64,000 bases of DNA from a virus (IMGVR_UViG_3300011980_000002:159033-223032), one strand, 5' to 3'; shown: positions 9,517 through 19,048, counted from the stretch's first letter. Notes: generated by a model from the sequence alone, not told the origin. Program-made: numbers and translations.

Positions 9517-12319
9517 ATATTAATAAATTATCTAAATCCAGTTTTATTGTTACTACTGTATTATCATGGAATTTCTTCATGTTAAGGTTTGTTAGAGTAG
9601 TTGCAATTTTAGATGATGATAATCCAACATTCTCTATTCCTAACTTATAGAATAATTGTCCCATACATCTACTACATAATTTTTTTCCAATACACATCAT
9701 TGGAGATCTCATTTTAACAGTTTTACCCATATAAGAATCCATATTTTTTTCATCTAATAGTATATGCTTACCATTACTACCAATGATATATCTATACATT
9801 ACAGATTTAGCTGTTCCTTTATTAATCTCATATGGTATATATCCTTTAGTACCACAATCACTTTCTGGGTCAGGATTTAACATCTCTGTTTGCATTGCTG
9901 CAAGTAACTCTTTTGATAGATATCCTGTATCAGCAGTAGATACCGATTTAGAATATGCACCAATAACATTAGAGTTAGCTGAAGCAGGTATATCTTTCTT
10001 AGCCATTCCATCCATTAGCGAATTAGTAATTATATCATAATTACCGGTTGCTGGATTCTTAACGACTCCTCTATACATAGCAATATTCTTTAAGTTATTC
10101 TTAACAGAACCTCTTGCTCCTGAGTCATATAAGTCCATACCAACATCACCTTTAAAGATTTCTTTAGTTTTATTTATCAATGCTTTCTCTATCTCTTCAG
10201 ATATTTCAACATCACCTTTCTCTAATCTATCTTTATATTTCTCTACTAATTCATTTTTTAACTTAGATACTTCAGGTGGAGTTTTAATTGTTGGTAATGT
10301 ATAAGAAGATGTTACAGTAGCATGCATCTTTAATCCAAACCAATCTCTATAGTCTATCCATCTATACATATCAGTTACGGTAATTCTATCATCCATTAAA
10401 GCTTTAGCTATAGTATCTTCTATTTTACCTTGTTTACCCTCAGTTACAGGTTCATTAATATATCCAATTATATCAGCGTAGTTATTTAACCATCTCTTAT
10501 ATAAACCGGTATTAAGTACATATCTACCTACAGTAGTTTCTATAGCTGTTTTAGTAGGGGATTTAGCTGCCGGTAATGTAAATTTATCGGTAGGTTTAAA
10601 CTTAGGAATACCATTAAGTTTTCTTGTGTTATCATCTTTAAGATTTGCAAACATCATATTCATAATATCGGCATTAAAATAATCTGGTGATTTTTCTAAT
10701 AACCAATCTATATCTGTTTTAGAAGCTGTTTTATCATCAGATGAAGGATTCTTAGTTAATGAATAGAAAGTCTGTACTGGTTCACTACCAACAACTTTCA
10801 TATTCTTCCCATCCATATTAAGAATATACTTCTTACTATTAACATACTTTTCCAATTCAGCATTTGCTTCTTGTGTCCATAATAACTTAATTGTCATTTG
10901 ATCACCATCATAGTCTCCACCGAGTCCTAATAGATAAGATGGTGAGAACTGTTGTGAGTCTATAAACATAGTACCAATATGGTCCATATCCGCATCAAAG
11001 TCTACAACAGGATACCATTTGTAAATAGTATTATTAGTTCTCATTATCTGTGTTTTAGTAGTAGATATAACTCTTACTTTACACATGAAAGAACCATATT
11101 GGTCGTTAAGAGGATATCTTGTACACATGGCATACTTATCTCTTACTGAATCCTCACAAGCCATATATAATAAATCCGTTACAGTCATATATCTGTTTGA
11201 TATTGTAGAATCTTCTTGATTTACATTGTTAAGAGTACTTCCAACAAATGTCATATACATCTTATTAGGACCTTCTACTGGTATTTCTATCTTATTAAAT
11301 CTCGACTCTGGATTCTTAATATAATTATTAATCATTCCATCTATATACTTATCATCAAAATATGCTTCCGGAGATATTAACTTTACAGGTTCAAATTCAC
11401 CTTTACTATTAATAAAAGATTTACTGTCTTTATTCTCAAATACCTCTTTCTTAAAGAAATTTTTTACCCAGTTAAGAACAAATGGATATGCTAATACACA
11501 TATCTGTGATATAGGTAATCCACAATAACCTAGACTTATCATTTCGTCATCCGGATTATTACTATGGTAATTTTTAGATGTGATGACAGTTCTTGTAGAG
11601 TTACATACGGATTTACCCATTAGGTATTTTCTTATCATACCATTTTTCTTTTCTATCTTAGTCTTAAAATATTCATATATTTCCATAATAGAGTTTTGAA
11701 TTATTTTATTACTAGCATGGAATTGGAAATTAAATCCATCTTCTTCTTTTACAGTGGATACATGTCTTATAATTCCGCTATATAAAGTATTTAACTCATT
11801 AGTAGTTCCACCACCTTTACCATCAGAGATAACATCTCTATATGATACCGGTATTACTACTAATTTATTCATGAATAGTATTTTCTTAGGTATTTTTAAG
11901 AAGTCTAATCTTTCCTGTCTTATTCCAATCGTAACATCATTATCTTCGTCAGTATCCCATTTAATCTTTTCCCAATTATTATATAAAAACTCTATACCAG
12001 TATCGGCATCCATATCTTCACTTGGGACTAATTTACCACTTTTATCTATCTTATAATAAGCTGAACCATCTATAATCTTATCTACATTTCTGAATATAGA
12101 TTTAACTGCTTTATATGCATTTGGGTGAAAAAAGTGATTATGTAAATCTATATAAGCCATTCTATTTTTTCTATCATATAATGATATACCAAATATCTCA
12201 TTAGATAATAATCCATCACTGTGAGGAATTCCACCTCTTTGGAAAATTACCGGATTAGATACTTCTTGTAATCTATTAATTTTAACAAACTCATCTATAT
12301 CTAATAAATCTAGTTTCAT
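9515..12319 (-). CDS. Multisubunit RNA polymerase beta-prime-like subunit, set B (N-terminal and central part)
   Basis: GLLSNEIFG and RMAYIDLHNHFFHPNAY match beta-prime GLFCARIFGP and RMGHIELAAPVAHIW. Catalytic loop variant GGDYDGDQMTIK (NADFDGDQM). MRSPMMCIGKKLCSRCMG is near the C-terminus. The protein ends just after GLSSSKIATTLTNLNMKKFH (compare IGEPGTQLTMRTFH). The N-terminal Zn ribbon is absent. Confidence 0.85.
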   Translation of the reverse strand: MKLDLLDIDEFVKINRLQEVSNPVIFQRGGIPHSDGLLSNEIFGISLYDRKNRMAYIDLHNHFFHPNAYKAVKSIFRNVDKIIDGSAYYKIDKSGKLVPSEDMDADTGIEFLYNNWEKIKWDTDEDNDVTIGIRQERLDFLKIPKKILFMNKLVVIPVSYRDVISDGKGGGTTNELNTLYSGIIRHVSTVKEEDGFNFQFHASNKIIQNSIMEIYEYFKTKIEKKNGMIRKYLMGKSVCNSTRTVITSKNYHSNNPDDEMISLGYCGLPISQICVLAYPFVLNWVKNFFKKEVFENKDSKSFINSKGEFEPVKLISPEAYFDDKYIDGMINNYIKNPESRFNKIEIPVEGPNKMYMTFVGSTLNNVNQEDSTISNRYMTVTDLLYMACEDSVRDKYAMCTRYPLNDQYGSFMCKVRVISTTKTQIMRTNNTIYKWYPVVDFDADMDHIGTMFIDSQQFSPSYLLGLGGDYDGDQMTIKLLWTQEANAELEKYVNSKKYILNMDGKNMKVVGSEPVQTFYSLTKNPSSDDKTASKTDIDWLLEKSPDYFNADIMNMMFANLKDDNTRKLNGIPKFKPTDKFTLPAAKSPTKTAIETTVGRYVLNTGLYKRWLNNYADIIGYINEPVTEGKQGKIEDTIAKALMDDRITVTDMYRWIDYRDWFGLKMHATVTSSYTLPTIKTPPEVSKLKNELVEKYKDRLEKGDVEISEEIEKALINKTKEIFKGDVGMDLYDSGARGSVKNNLKNIAMYRGVVKNPATGNYDIITNSLMDGMAKKDIPASANSNVIGAYSKSVSTADTGYLSKELLAAMQTEMLNPDPESDCGTKGYIPYEINKGTAKSVMYRYIIGSNGKHILLDEKNMDSYMGKTVKMRSPMMCIGKKLCSRCMGQLFYKLGIENVGLSSSKIATTLTNLNMKKFHDNTVVTIKLDLDNLLI

Positions 12320-12373
12320 TTAATTTAGCCTGATTACTCCTTTCTAATTTTCTATTAAAAATCTATCTAAAGG

Positions 12374-12389
12374 TTAAGTCAATGTTTTT
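12374..12389 (-). promoter_or_regulatory. AACA-N6-TA late-type promoter candidate for the set B beta-prime gene
   Basis: The minus strand reads AAAAACATTGACTTAA, 67 nt upstream of ATG 12319. Confidence 0.5.
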
Positions 12390-12407
12390 AGCCCTAAAAA
12401 CCCTATG

Positions 12408-12423
12408 AAAAACATTGACCTAA
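12408..12423 (+). promoter_or_regulatory. AACA-N6-TA late-type promoter candidate
   Basis: AAAAACATTGACCTAA, 55 nt upstream of ATG 12465. Forms a 12-bp inverted repeat with 12378-12389. Confidence 0.5.
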
Positions 12424-12464
12424 ATTAAAACTAAGATAAAAATATTATACAGAAAGGATTTATT

Positions 12465-13709
12465 ATGGATATACAAGTTCCTGTATTTAGTAAATATGAT
12501 GATAATGATATGAGTGATTTACTATTTACTGAAGCCTCCGGTGCAACAACAATAGTAAAGACATATCTCGAACCATTCGTAACGAATACATTAAATGACC
12601 CAATTAAAGATAAAAAATTTAAAAAATTAATATCAGATTTTATTAATAGAAATATGACTGAGTTAAATAAATCTGGACCAATTAATCTTATTGCTGTTAC
12701 TGATATAGATAAGGATAATTTCTTTAATTTATTCGGTATTAATAAAAAAGAACTAATTTCTACCATAGCATCTGCTACAAGTAAAATTAATGATAAAGCT
12801 AATTGGAAACTTATACAACAAAATCCATTATTCTCATTATTATATATGGCTATAAGACATTATATAATTAAGAAAGATGAAAGTGGAATTAAAGCTGGAA
12901 TTACTATGTATGCATTAGCATCTTATCCATCAGTATTTTCTTTATTCTTTAAGCATGGAGCTAAGGAAGATGTTATGGCTTATACGATAGATAATTTAAC
13001 AGAGAAATTTACAATTAAGAAAGAAGGTACTATCTTTAAGACTTTAATATCTTCTATAACCGGTTCATTTGCTTTCTTAAAGAAAGAATTTATCGGAGCA
13101 GATGATGTGGAAATTGTAAGATGGGTTACGAGAATAAGAAATGACCAGAAATCATTAATTAAGAAAATTGCTAATCTTTATTATGAAAATGATAAAAAGG
13201 GATTAAGGATATTAACACAGACAGAAAACTTTGGTGATGGTAATATGATACAAGATACATTGAATAATAGTGGTATTGTTGAAAATATTACTAGAAAAGT
13301 AGCACAGGCTATGATTATCAATGGTGTTGATATGGTAAGGGCTAGTGCAGCCGCTAAATTTGCACAAATATCTATGTCAGATTTAAGAATATATCTTACC
13401 AATATGGTAATAGATAAGAAGGTTGGAGAAATATCTAAATTTATAGAATCTGTGTTATTCACATTTCTATATATAGACAACTATCAAGCTCATCAGATTA
13501 ATGACAGAGTATTTTTATCATTTGCCCTGAATTTATTCAGGAGAACTAATAGTAAAGATAACAATATTGTTACAATAAGGACTTTATTAGATAAGTGGTC
13601 TGATGATTTAGGAATACATGATAGATTTAAAAGAATAGCTTCCCAGATTAATTATAAGAAGGGATTATTTATGTATATCATATTATGTATACAATATCAC
13701 AATAATTAA
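12465..13709 (+). CDS. Hypothetical protein (late-type promoter)
   Basis: 414-aa ORF with SD AGAAAGGA. AACA-N6-TA motif at 12408. Divergent from the beta-prime gene. Confidence 0.6.
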   Translation: MDIQVPVFSKYDDNDMSDLLFTEASGATTIVKTYLEPFVTNTLNDPIKDKKFKKLISDFINRNMTELNKSGPINLIAVTDIDKDNFFNLFGINKKELISTIASATSKINDKANWKLIQQNPLFSLLYMAIRHYIIKKDESGIKAGITMYALASYPSVFSLFFKHGAKEDVMAYTIDNLTEKFTIKKEGTIFKTLISSITGSFAFLKKEFIGADDVEIVRWVTRIRNDQKSLIKKIANLYYENDKKGLRILTQTENFGDGNMIQDTLNNSGIVENITRKVAQAMIINGVDMVRASAAAKFAQISMSDLRIYLTNMVIDKKVGEISKFIESVLFTFLYIDNYQAHQINDRVFLSFALNLFRRTNSKDNNIVTIRTLLDKWSDDLGIHDRFKRIASQINYKKGLFMYIILCIQYHNN

Positions 13710-14330
13710 ATATAATTTATAAACTATTTATTAATCATATTTAGAATATTTGATTATGGGTTTTTCGATTATATAAACATTTTGCCAAATTGAAAAATCA
13801 TGAAAGAAATATTCTCCGTTAAAAAATGATTTTCTTATTATATAAAAATCTAAAAGTAAGTATTATATAAGGTCTTTGTTAATTTATGTATATTTTTGCT
13901 TAACATTGGTTCGTGGTTTTATGGTCGTAATTTATTACACATTTAAAAGATTCCCGCCTGTCTCAAAAATTTAAATGAAATATAATTGCGTCATATTTTG
14001 TTTTTAATAGAGACCATGATAATACACTATCAACACACTTTAAGATTATGATGAAAGAATTTCATTTTTTATTAAGTATTGTATACAGATACTTTAGACA
14101 TTATAGCCTGTTGTGTAAGCTCATGGGTTGAAACCTTCAAAAAATAGATAAGAAATAAATATAAATAAACGCTTGAGGCTACGCAAGTTAAAAGACTCTT
14201 ACGAAGAGATGAGATTATGTATTTAAATACATAATCAGTAGCAGATAAGAAACACGGTTCTTCTTTATTATTATTTTACGAAATTCCCAAGTCTATTAAA
14301 TAAATTCTAAATATGTTAAAATTAAGAAAT

Positions 14331-14359
14331 ACCAGAATATAGATAATCTATATTCTGGT
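14331..14359 (-). terminator. Intrinsic terminator of 14378..15649
   Basis: ACCAGAATATAG / CTATATTCTGGT stem, T-rich on the minus strand. Confidence 0.6.
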
Positions 14360-14377
14360 ATTCTTTGTAGGCGATTT

Positions 14378-15649
14378 TTATCCTTTGATATCAAATAAGG
14401 TTTTTACTAAAGTCTGTATATAGTTAAAATTAATACAGATATACATGGTATATGTATATAATCCATATTTATCATTATTAAACTTAATATTATAATTATC
14501 CCAATCTATTTTATAATCTTTATTTTCAAATAATAATACACCTTGTCTTCTTACTTTAATATCTATTAAATCAAATAATGGTAATCCATTCTTTAAGTGG
14601 TAATTAACCGCTTCTCTTATAGATGTATTAATAACTTCTCCAAAATCTACATCATCGTTTTTCTTCTCTAATCTAAATGATACATTTGTAAATAAATTCC
14701 AACCATTCTGAAGATTTAAATCTTCTTTTAACATTACATCTGTATATGTCGGTATAATAATATCTCTACTATCAAATTCTTTATTAATAGGAATATCTGG
14801 TATTTTCTTATTAGAGAATAGATAATATAATCCTGTAGTAAAGAATTCCATTCTTACAGAAAATGTAATCTGATAATCTGTAGTTGTATAACCTGATTTT
14901 TCCCCATCATTACTACTTAATGAACTTAATAAAGTATCTATTTTAACCGGATAATATCTATAGAATTCTTTTAATCTACTTCCACCTTGTAATTTATAAG
15001 TAATTGGGAATATGGAATGGGAATTCAAATAAGTTAAAAATCTTGCAGTAGTTCCATCTTCATCTACAATAGGAATACCTGTTATCTTACTAATTGTATC
15101 CATCATAGACGGAGAAAGATAAGACTCTAAAAATGTATTTACATCTTGTGGGTGATTAAATACAGTCTTATTTAGTAAATAATCCATAAAGTTCATTTGT
15201 TCCATTTTCGTAGATAGTATTATTATTACATCAGCATACATAATACTTCTGTTTAATTGGAATCTTATATCAAAACCATTACTATCATCTCTAAAGAATG
15301 GCATTAATGCTCCCATATCATGAGTAAAATGTAATCCTAATCTTGGTTCCAATAATGCTGTTCCCTCTAAAAATCTTGAGTCATCAAAATCTACTCTAGG
15401 AGAAATTGCAAATATAGGTCTTTCTTTTACTTTAAATGATTTAGGTGTGCTTATAATTTGTCTATGAGCAATTTTACTATTAACATGTATAGTCTTAAAG
15501 AAATTCTCCGGAAATAAATTAATTAACCAATTCTGTATAAAGGCTATTGCGTTACCATATGTGTGGGAAGATGAACACATAAATTCAGCCTGTTGGAATG
15601 GTTTTACCATATGATTTTCTATTATAAGATGGTCATCATGTTCTATCAT
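14378..15649 (-). CDS. Hypothetical protein
   Basis: 423-aa ORF with SD GGAAAGGA on the minus strand. Terminator hairpin at 14331-14359 downstream. Confidence 0.6.
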   Translation of the reverse strand: MIEHDDHLIIENHMVKPFQQAEFMCSSSHTYGNAIAFIQNWLINLFPENFFKTIHVNSKIAHRQIISTPKSFKVKERPIFAISPRVDFDDSRFLEGTALLEPRLGLHFTHDMGALMPFFRDDSNGFDIRFQLNRSIMYADVIIILSTKMEQMNFMDYLLNKTVFNHPQDVNTFLESYLSPSMMDTISKITGIPIVDEDGTTARFLTYLNSHSIFPITYKLQGGSRLKEFYRYYPVKIDTLLSSLSSNDGEKSGYTTTDYQITFSVRMEFFTTGLYYLFSNKKIPDIPINKEFDSRDIIIPTYTDVMLKEDLNLQNGWNLFTNVSFRLEKKNDDVDFGEVINTSIREAVNYHLKNGLPLFDLIDIKVRRQGVLLFENKDYKIDWDNYNIKFNNDKYGLYTYTMYICINFNYIQTLVKTLFDIKG

Positions 15650-15701
15650 CAGTTTTGTTTATGTCCTTTCCATTTATATTTTTTCTAATATATGAGATTT
15701 A

Positions 15702-15713
15702 TATATTTGTGTT
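15702..15713 (-). promoter_or_regulatory. Weaker AACA-N6-TA candidate
   Basis: The minus strand reads AACACAAATATA, 64 nt upstream of ATG 15649. It lacks the upstream A-run. Confidence 0.3.
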
Positions 15714-15787
15714 CTGATATAACTAATAGTAATTAATTGATATTAGCACAAAATAATAAAATCTATATATAGAAAGGAACTAAGATA

Positions 15788-16099
15788 ATGAAAATTTTTA
15801 TTAGTCAACCAATGAAAGGTTTGAGTAGACAAGAGATAGAGGATACTAGAAATAGTATTATCGCAGGATTGAAGAATGAGTATGGTGATGATGTTGAGAT
15901 ACTTGATACATTCTTTGTTAATCCTGAAGAATTTGGGCTTAGTAAATTATCTAAGCCAATAGAATTCTTTGCTAAGAGTATAGAATATTTAGCAAAAGCT
16001 GATAAGGCTTATTTTGCTGAAGGTTGGGCAAATACTAGAGGTTGTGCATTAGAATATCTCATATGTGAAAAGTACGATGTAGAAATAATTCATGATTAA
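15788..16099 (+). CDS. Small protein resembling DUF4406 / nucleoside 2-deoxyribosyltransferase-like fold
   Basis: 103 aa. Has N-terminal MKIFISQPMKG and C-terminal AEGWANTRGCALEYLICEKYDVEI. This pattern is recalled from DUF4406-type phage proteins and is not verified. Confidence 0.4.
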   Translation: MKIFISQPMKGLSRQEIEDTRNSIIAGLKNEYGDDVEILDTFFVNPEEFGLSKLSKPIEFFAKSIEYLAKADKAYFAEGWANTRGCALEYLICEKYDVEIIHD

Positions 16100-16130
16100 T
16101 TAGATTATAATTAAGAAAGGTTGTCAATAA

Positions 16131-17351
16131 ATGAGTACATTAGTCGCAAAGACTGGATTATTTACAATTAGAGCTAATTTTACTAATAACTTAGTAAAGA
16201 TATTGGAATATGCTTCAAGGACTTGTTATAATTCTTATGATAAGATAGATATTGATACTTGGAAAACTCATATTACATCAAGAATTAAAAGTAAGCATGA
16301 GTCTGTTATTGAGCATGGTAGATTTGCTGTTATAATAGATTATTCTGTGTTTGATATATTTCATTTCGATGTAGAAGATGTCTATAAAGAAGTTGAAGTT
16401 ATCAATAGGATAATGGCTGAAAGCAATTCTTTAATAAGATATGCTAAAGAAGATTATTACTTAATTAAATATCCTAAAGTACCTATAATATCTTTATCGG
16501 GTAATATGAAAATGTGGAGAGATTTAATTAAGTTTATATTTACTAATAAATCAGAATATCTATCCAGTACAATGAGATTTATCATAAAGATATTTGCTAT
16601 ATATGATAAAAAGTATAGTGATGTATTTGGATTAGATATACCTGAATTAATTAAATATAAACCAGTATCTCTTGAAGGTAATTTATTTAATATCCCTAAT
16701 GATAATATTATAGAAAATATTACTACAAGAGATAGATTAAATGATATAGAGAAGGATAAATTACCTAAGATATATGACAATAATGGAATTACTTCAAGAC
16801 TAATTAATTTAGACCATTTTGGTAGAGGATTGTTAATAGAACCAGATATTCCATCACATATATTAGAGTATTTAAGAGACCATGTGTTAGATATAAACTC
16901 TGTAACTTATGTAATAGACTTACCAAGAGCTATATCATTACAAGAAGCAAGACATAGAATAAATTCTATATCTCAAAGGTCTCAAAGATATGTTAATGAG
17001 TCAATAGAAGATTCTACATATTATATACCAGATTATATAGATAAGGATAAGAAGTATAAATTGGACAATGGTATAGAAATATCGTATGATGAATATTTTA
17101 AATTATCTTTATCTTTATATAATGAATTAATTAAAGATAAAATAAAGAAAGAAGATAGTAGGTTTGTATTACCTAGTGGAATGAATACTACTATGATAAT
17201 AACTAAACCACTACATACATTACCTCATTATTTCTTTGAAAGATGTGCTAAAGGAGCACAGAAAGAGATAAGAGAACCTGCTATAGCATTAAGAGATTTA
17301 TTAAATACATCATATAACTATGTAACTGGTGAAGATAATAAATTATTTTAA
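16131..17351 (+). CDS. thyX: Flavin-dependent thymidylate synthase ThyX with large internal insertion
   Basis: SKHESVIEH, the ThyX signature ARHRINSISQRSQRYV (RHRxxSxxxxSxR) and C-terminal AQKEIREPA are present. About 190 aa separate the first two motifs, where canonical ThyX has about 25-30. Confidence 0.8.
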   Translation: MSTLVAKTGLFTIRANFTNNLVKILEYASRTCYNSYDKIDIDTWKTHITSRIKSKHESVIEHGRFAVIIDYSVFDIFHFDVEDVYKEVEVINRIMAESNSLIRYAKEDYYLIKYPKVPIISLSGNMKMWRDLIKFIFTNKSEYLSSTMRFIIKIFAIYDKKYSDVFGLDIPELIKYKPVSLEGNLFNIPNDNIIENITTRDRLNDIEKDKLPKIYDNNGITSRLINLDHFGRGLLIEPDIPSHILEYLRDHVLDINSVTYVIDLPRAISLQEARHRINSISQRSQRYVNESIEDSTYYIPDYIDKDKKYKLDNGIEISYDEYFKLSLSLYNELIKDKIKKEDSRFVLPSGMNTTMIITKPLHTLPHYFFERCAKGAQKEIREPAIALRDLLNTSYNYVTGEDNKLF

Positions 17352-17358
17352 TTAAAGT

Positions 17359-17406
17359 GAAGAAGATAACCTTAGAAATTAATCTAGGTTATCTTCTTCT
17401 ATTTTT
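17359..17406 (+). terminator. Intrinsic terminator after thyX
   Basis: GAAGAAGATAACCTAG-type 16-bp stem followed by TATTTTT. Confidence 0.75.
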
Positions 17407-17594
17407 ATGTATTATGGTACAAAAATAAAAATTATAAGAATATAAATCATAAAGAGTAGTACGCACTTATTGTGCACAGAACTTAAAATAAATATCCAAA
17501 CTAATTTATTTTACAGGAAAGGAAATATATTAATTCTTTTTAAATCTTTATACCATTACCAAAATGTTTGTTTATGGCTCATGGGTGGAAAGTT

Positions 17595-17627
17595 TATATA
17601 CTATTAACTTGTAACTGAAATATTATT
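17595..17627 (+). promoter_or_regulatory. Early-class promoter-like motif (diverged class 1)
   Basis: TATATACTATTAACTTGTAACTGAAATATTATT lies ahead of the 17654 operon, which contains the set A beta-prime C-terminal gene. Confidence 0.5.
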
Positions 17628-17653
17628 ACTTATGGAAAAGGAGAAAAAGAAAT

Positions 17654-17971
17654 ATGAGTAAGGATTTTAATTTATCCTATGTATCACCAATAAAGGAAGA
17701 AGTTGATAATGATAAATCTAAAGTAAAAATTAAGAAAAAAGATTCTTATTATAGTTATGATAAGATGGAGAAAGATGCAGATTGTATAGAGGAGTATCTT
17801 AATATCTTAGAGAGATTTGCTATTATAACAAATCTTACTCCAGAGAAATATAAAAAGGCTATGAAAAAATCTAGGAAACTTGTTAAGTTGCTTAGAGAAG
17901 GGAAAGGAGAAAAAGTCTATGATAAAGATAGATATGATGAATATATGGCTAGGGTAGAAAATCATGAGTAA
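17654..17971 (+). CDS. Hypothetical early protein
   Basis: 105-aa ORF behind early motif 17595 and the fixed SD AAAAGGAGAAAAAGAAATATG. Confidence 0.5.
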   Translation: MSKDFNLSYVSPIKEEVDNDKSKVKIKKKDSYYSYDKMEKDADCIEEYLNILERFAIITNLTPEKYKKAMKKSRKLVKLLREGKGEKVYDKDRYDEYMARVENHE

Positions 17972-18443
17972 AAAGACCACTGTCTATATGTATTATCATA
18001 AAGATAGATTGTATGGATGGTCTACTAATAAAAAATTAAGTACTAATTTTGAATTACAGCGTAATATGGAAATTGTTAAGAGATTAGAGAAGAAGATGTC
18101 TATAGAAGAGTTAAATGCTATTAAGATTGCTTATAAAGATAATGAATTAATAGAAATTCCTTTAGACACTTCTTCTAATAGCTATACTATGATAATTGGT
18201 ACTTATTTAGAAGACCAGAAATTAAATCATGAGTATGAAAAATTCCTTATAGAGATAAGCAATATAAGTAAGATGTTAGATAGGTTATATATATCTGACG
18301 ATAATGATACTTTTATAAAATACTGTAGGGAATTAATTACATGTAATTACTTAGAAAAAGATACTACTTCTAACAAGTTACATAACCAATTTACTGGGGA
18401 TATGGTAAAAATGTTCTTTAATCTCTTTAAAGATACATTTTAA
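17964..18443 (+). CDS. Hypothetical protein
   Basis: 159-aa ORF whose ATG overlaps the previous stop (ATGAGTAA). Confidence 0.5.
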   Translation: MSKKTTVYMYYHKDRLYGWSTNKKLSTNFELQRNMEIVKRLEKKMSIEELNAIKIAYKDNELIEIPLDTSSNSYTMIIGTYLEDQKLNHEYEKFLIEISNISKMLDRLYISDDNDTFIKYCRELITCNYLEKDTTSNKLHNQFTGDMVKMFFNLFKDTF

Positions 18444-18490
18444 GATATTAACATAATAAAATTTATACACAGGAAAGGAAGATAAGAATT

Positions 18491-19048
18491 ATGTTAAAGA
18501 CAAATATATTACACGAGGAAATTGTTACTGATGAGAATAAGCAAGAAATTCTCAATTTGGAATTGATAGGATTATCTGATGCACCATCAGATGTTCACGA
18601 TGAGTACGATAATGGTGATATTATTGTAATATCAAAAGAAGATGATGCTTTACATATTAAAGCATTTGTAAACTATATTGGTATTGATAAGGTAACCGAT
18701 TCTACTATGGCTTTAATTGCTAATAAAGTATCTAAAGCAGTTAAAGCTTCTAATAAAGGTAAAGCTACTAAGATAAATAAAATAGTAGTTAGATGTAGTA
18801 ATAAGAATATATGTAGTAGTAAAGTTATCTGTATTAATTCATTCTCAAGATGGATAGAGTTATATACGGATATTAAATTAATGATACCAAATTATTTATA
18901 TGAAAAGATGTCAGCACCACAAACTACTGAAATAGAAATGGATCATCACTGTGGATGTGGTTGTCATCATGATAAAGATAAAAAGAAAGATAAGAAAAAG
19001 GATAAGAAGAAGAAAGATAAGAAAAAAGCAAAGAAGAGTAAGAAGTAA
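18491..19048 (+). CDS. Hypothetical protein with Cys/His cluster and poly-lysine tail
   Basis: 185-aa ORF with SD AGGAAAGGAAG. The C-terminus is HHCGCGCHHDKDKKKDKKKDKKKKDKKKAKKSKK. Confidence 0.55.
   Translation: MLKTNILHEEIVTDENKQEILNLELIGLSDAPSDVHDEYDNGDIIVISKEDDALHIKAFVNYIGIDKVTDSTMALIANKVSKAVKASNKGKATKINKIVVRCSNKNICSSKVICINSFSRWIELYTDIKLMIPNYLYEKMSAPQTTEIEMDHHCGCGCHHDKDKKKDKKKDKKKKDKKKAKKSKK

Noticed and set aside
12378-12419. 12-bp perfect inverted repeat in the divergent intergenic region, initially taken for a repressor operator or hairpin.
   Set aside because: It is better explained as two outward-facing copies of the AACA-N6-TA late-type motif, since each arm matches the motif found upstream of other late genes.
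13710-14377. tRNA genes or a CRISPR array in the ORF-free regions (also 17352-17653, 38955-39384 and 63449-64000).
   Set aside because: I could not build any cloverleaf. GGTTCGTGG at 13908 and GCTCATGGG at 14119 lack complementary arms. There are no regularly spaced direct repeats. This needs tRNAscan/Infernal to be certain.
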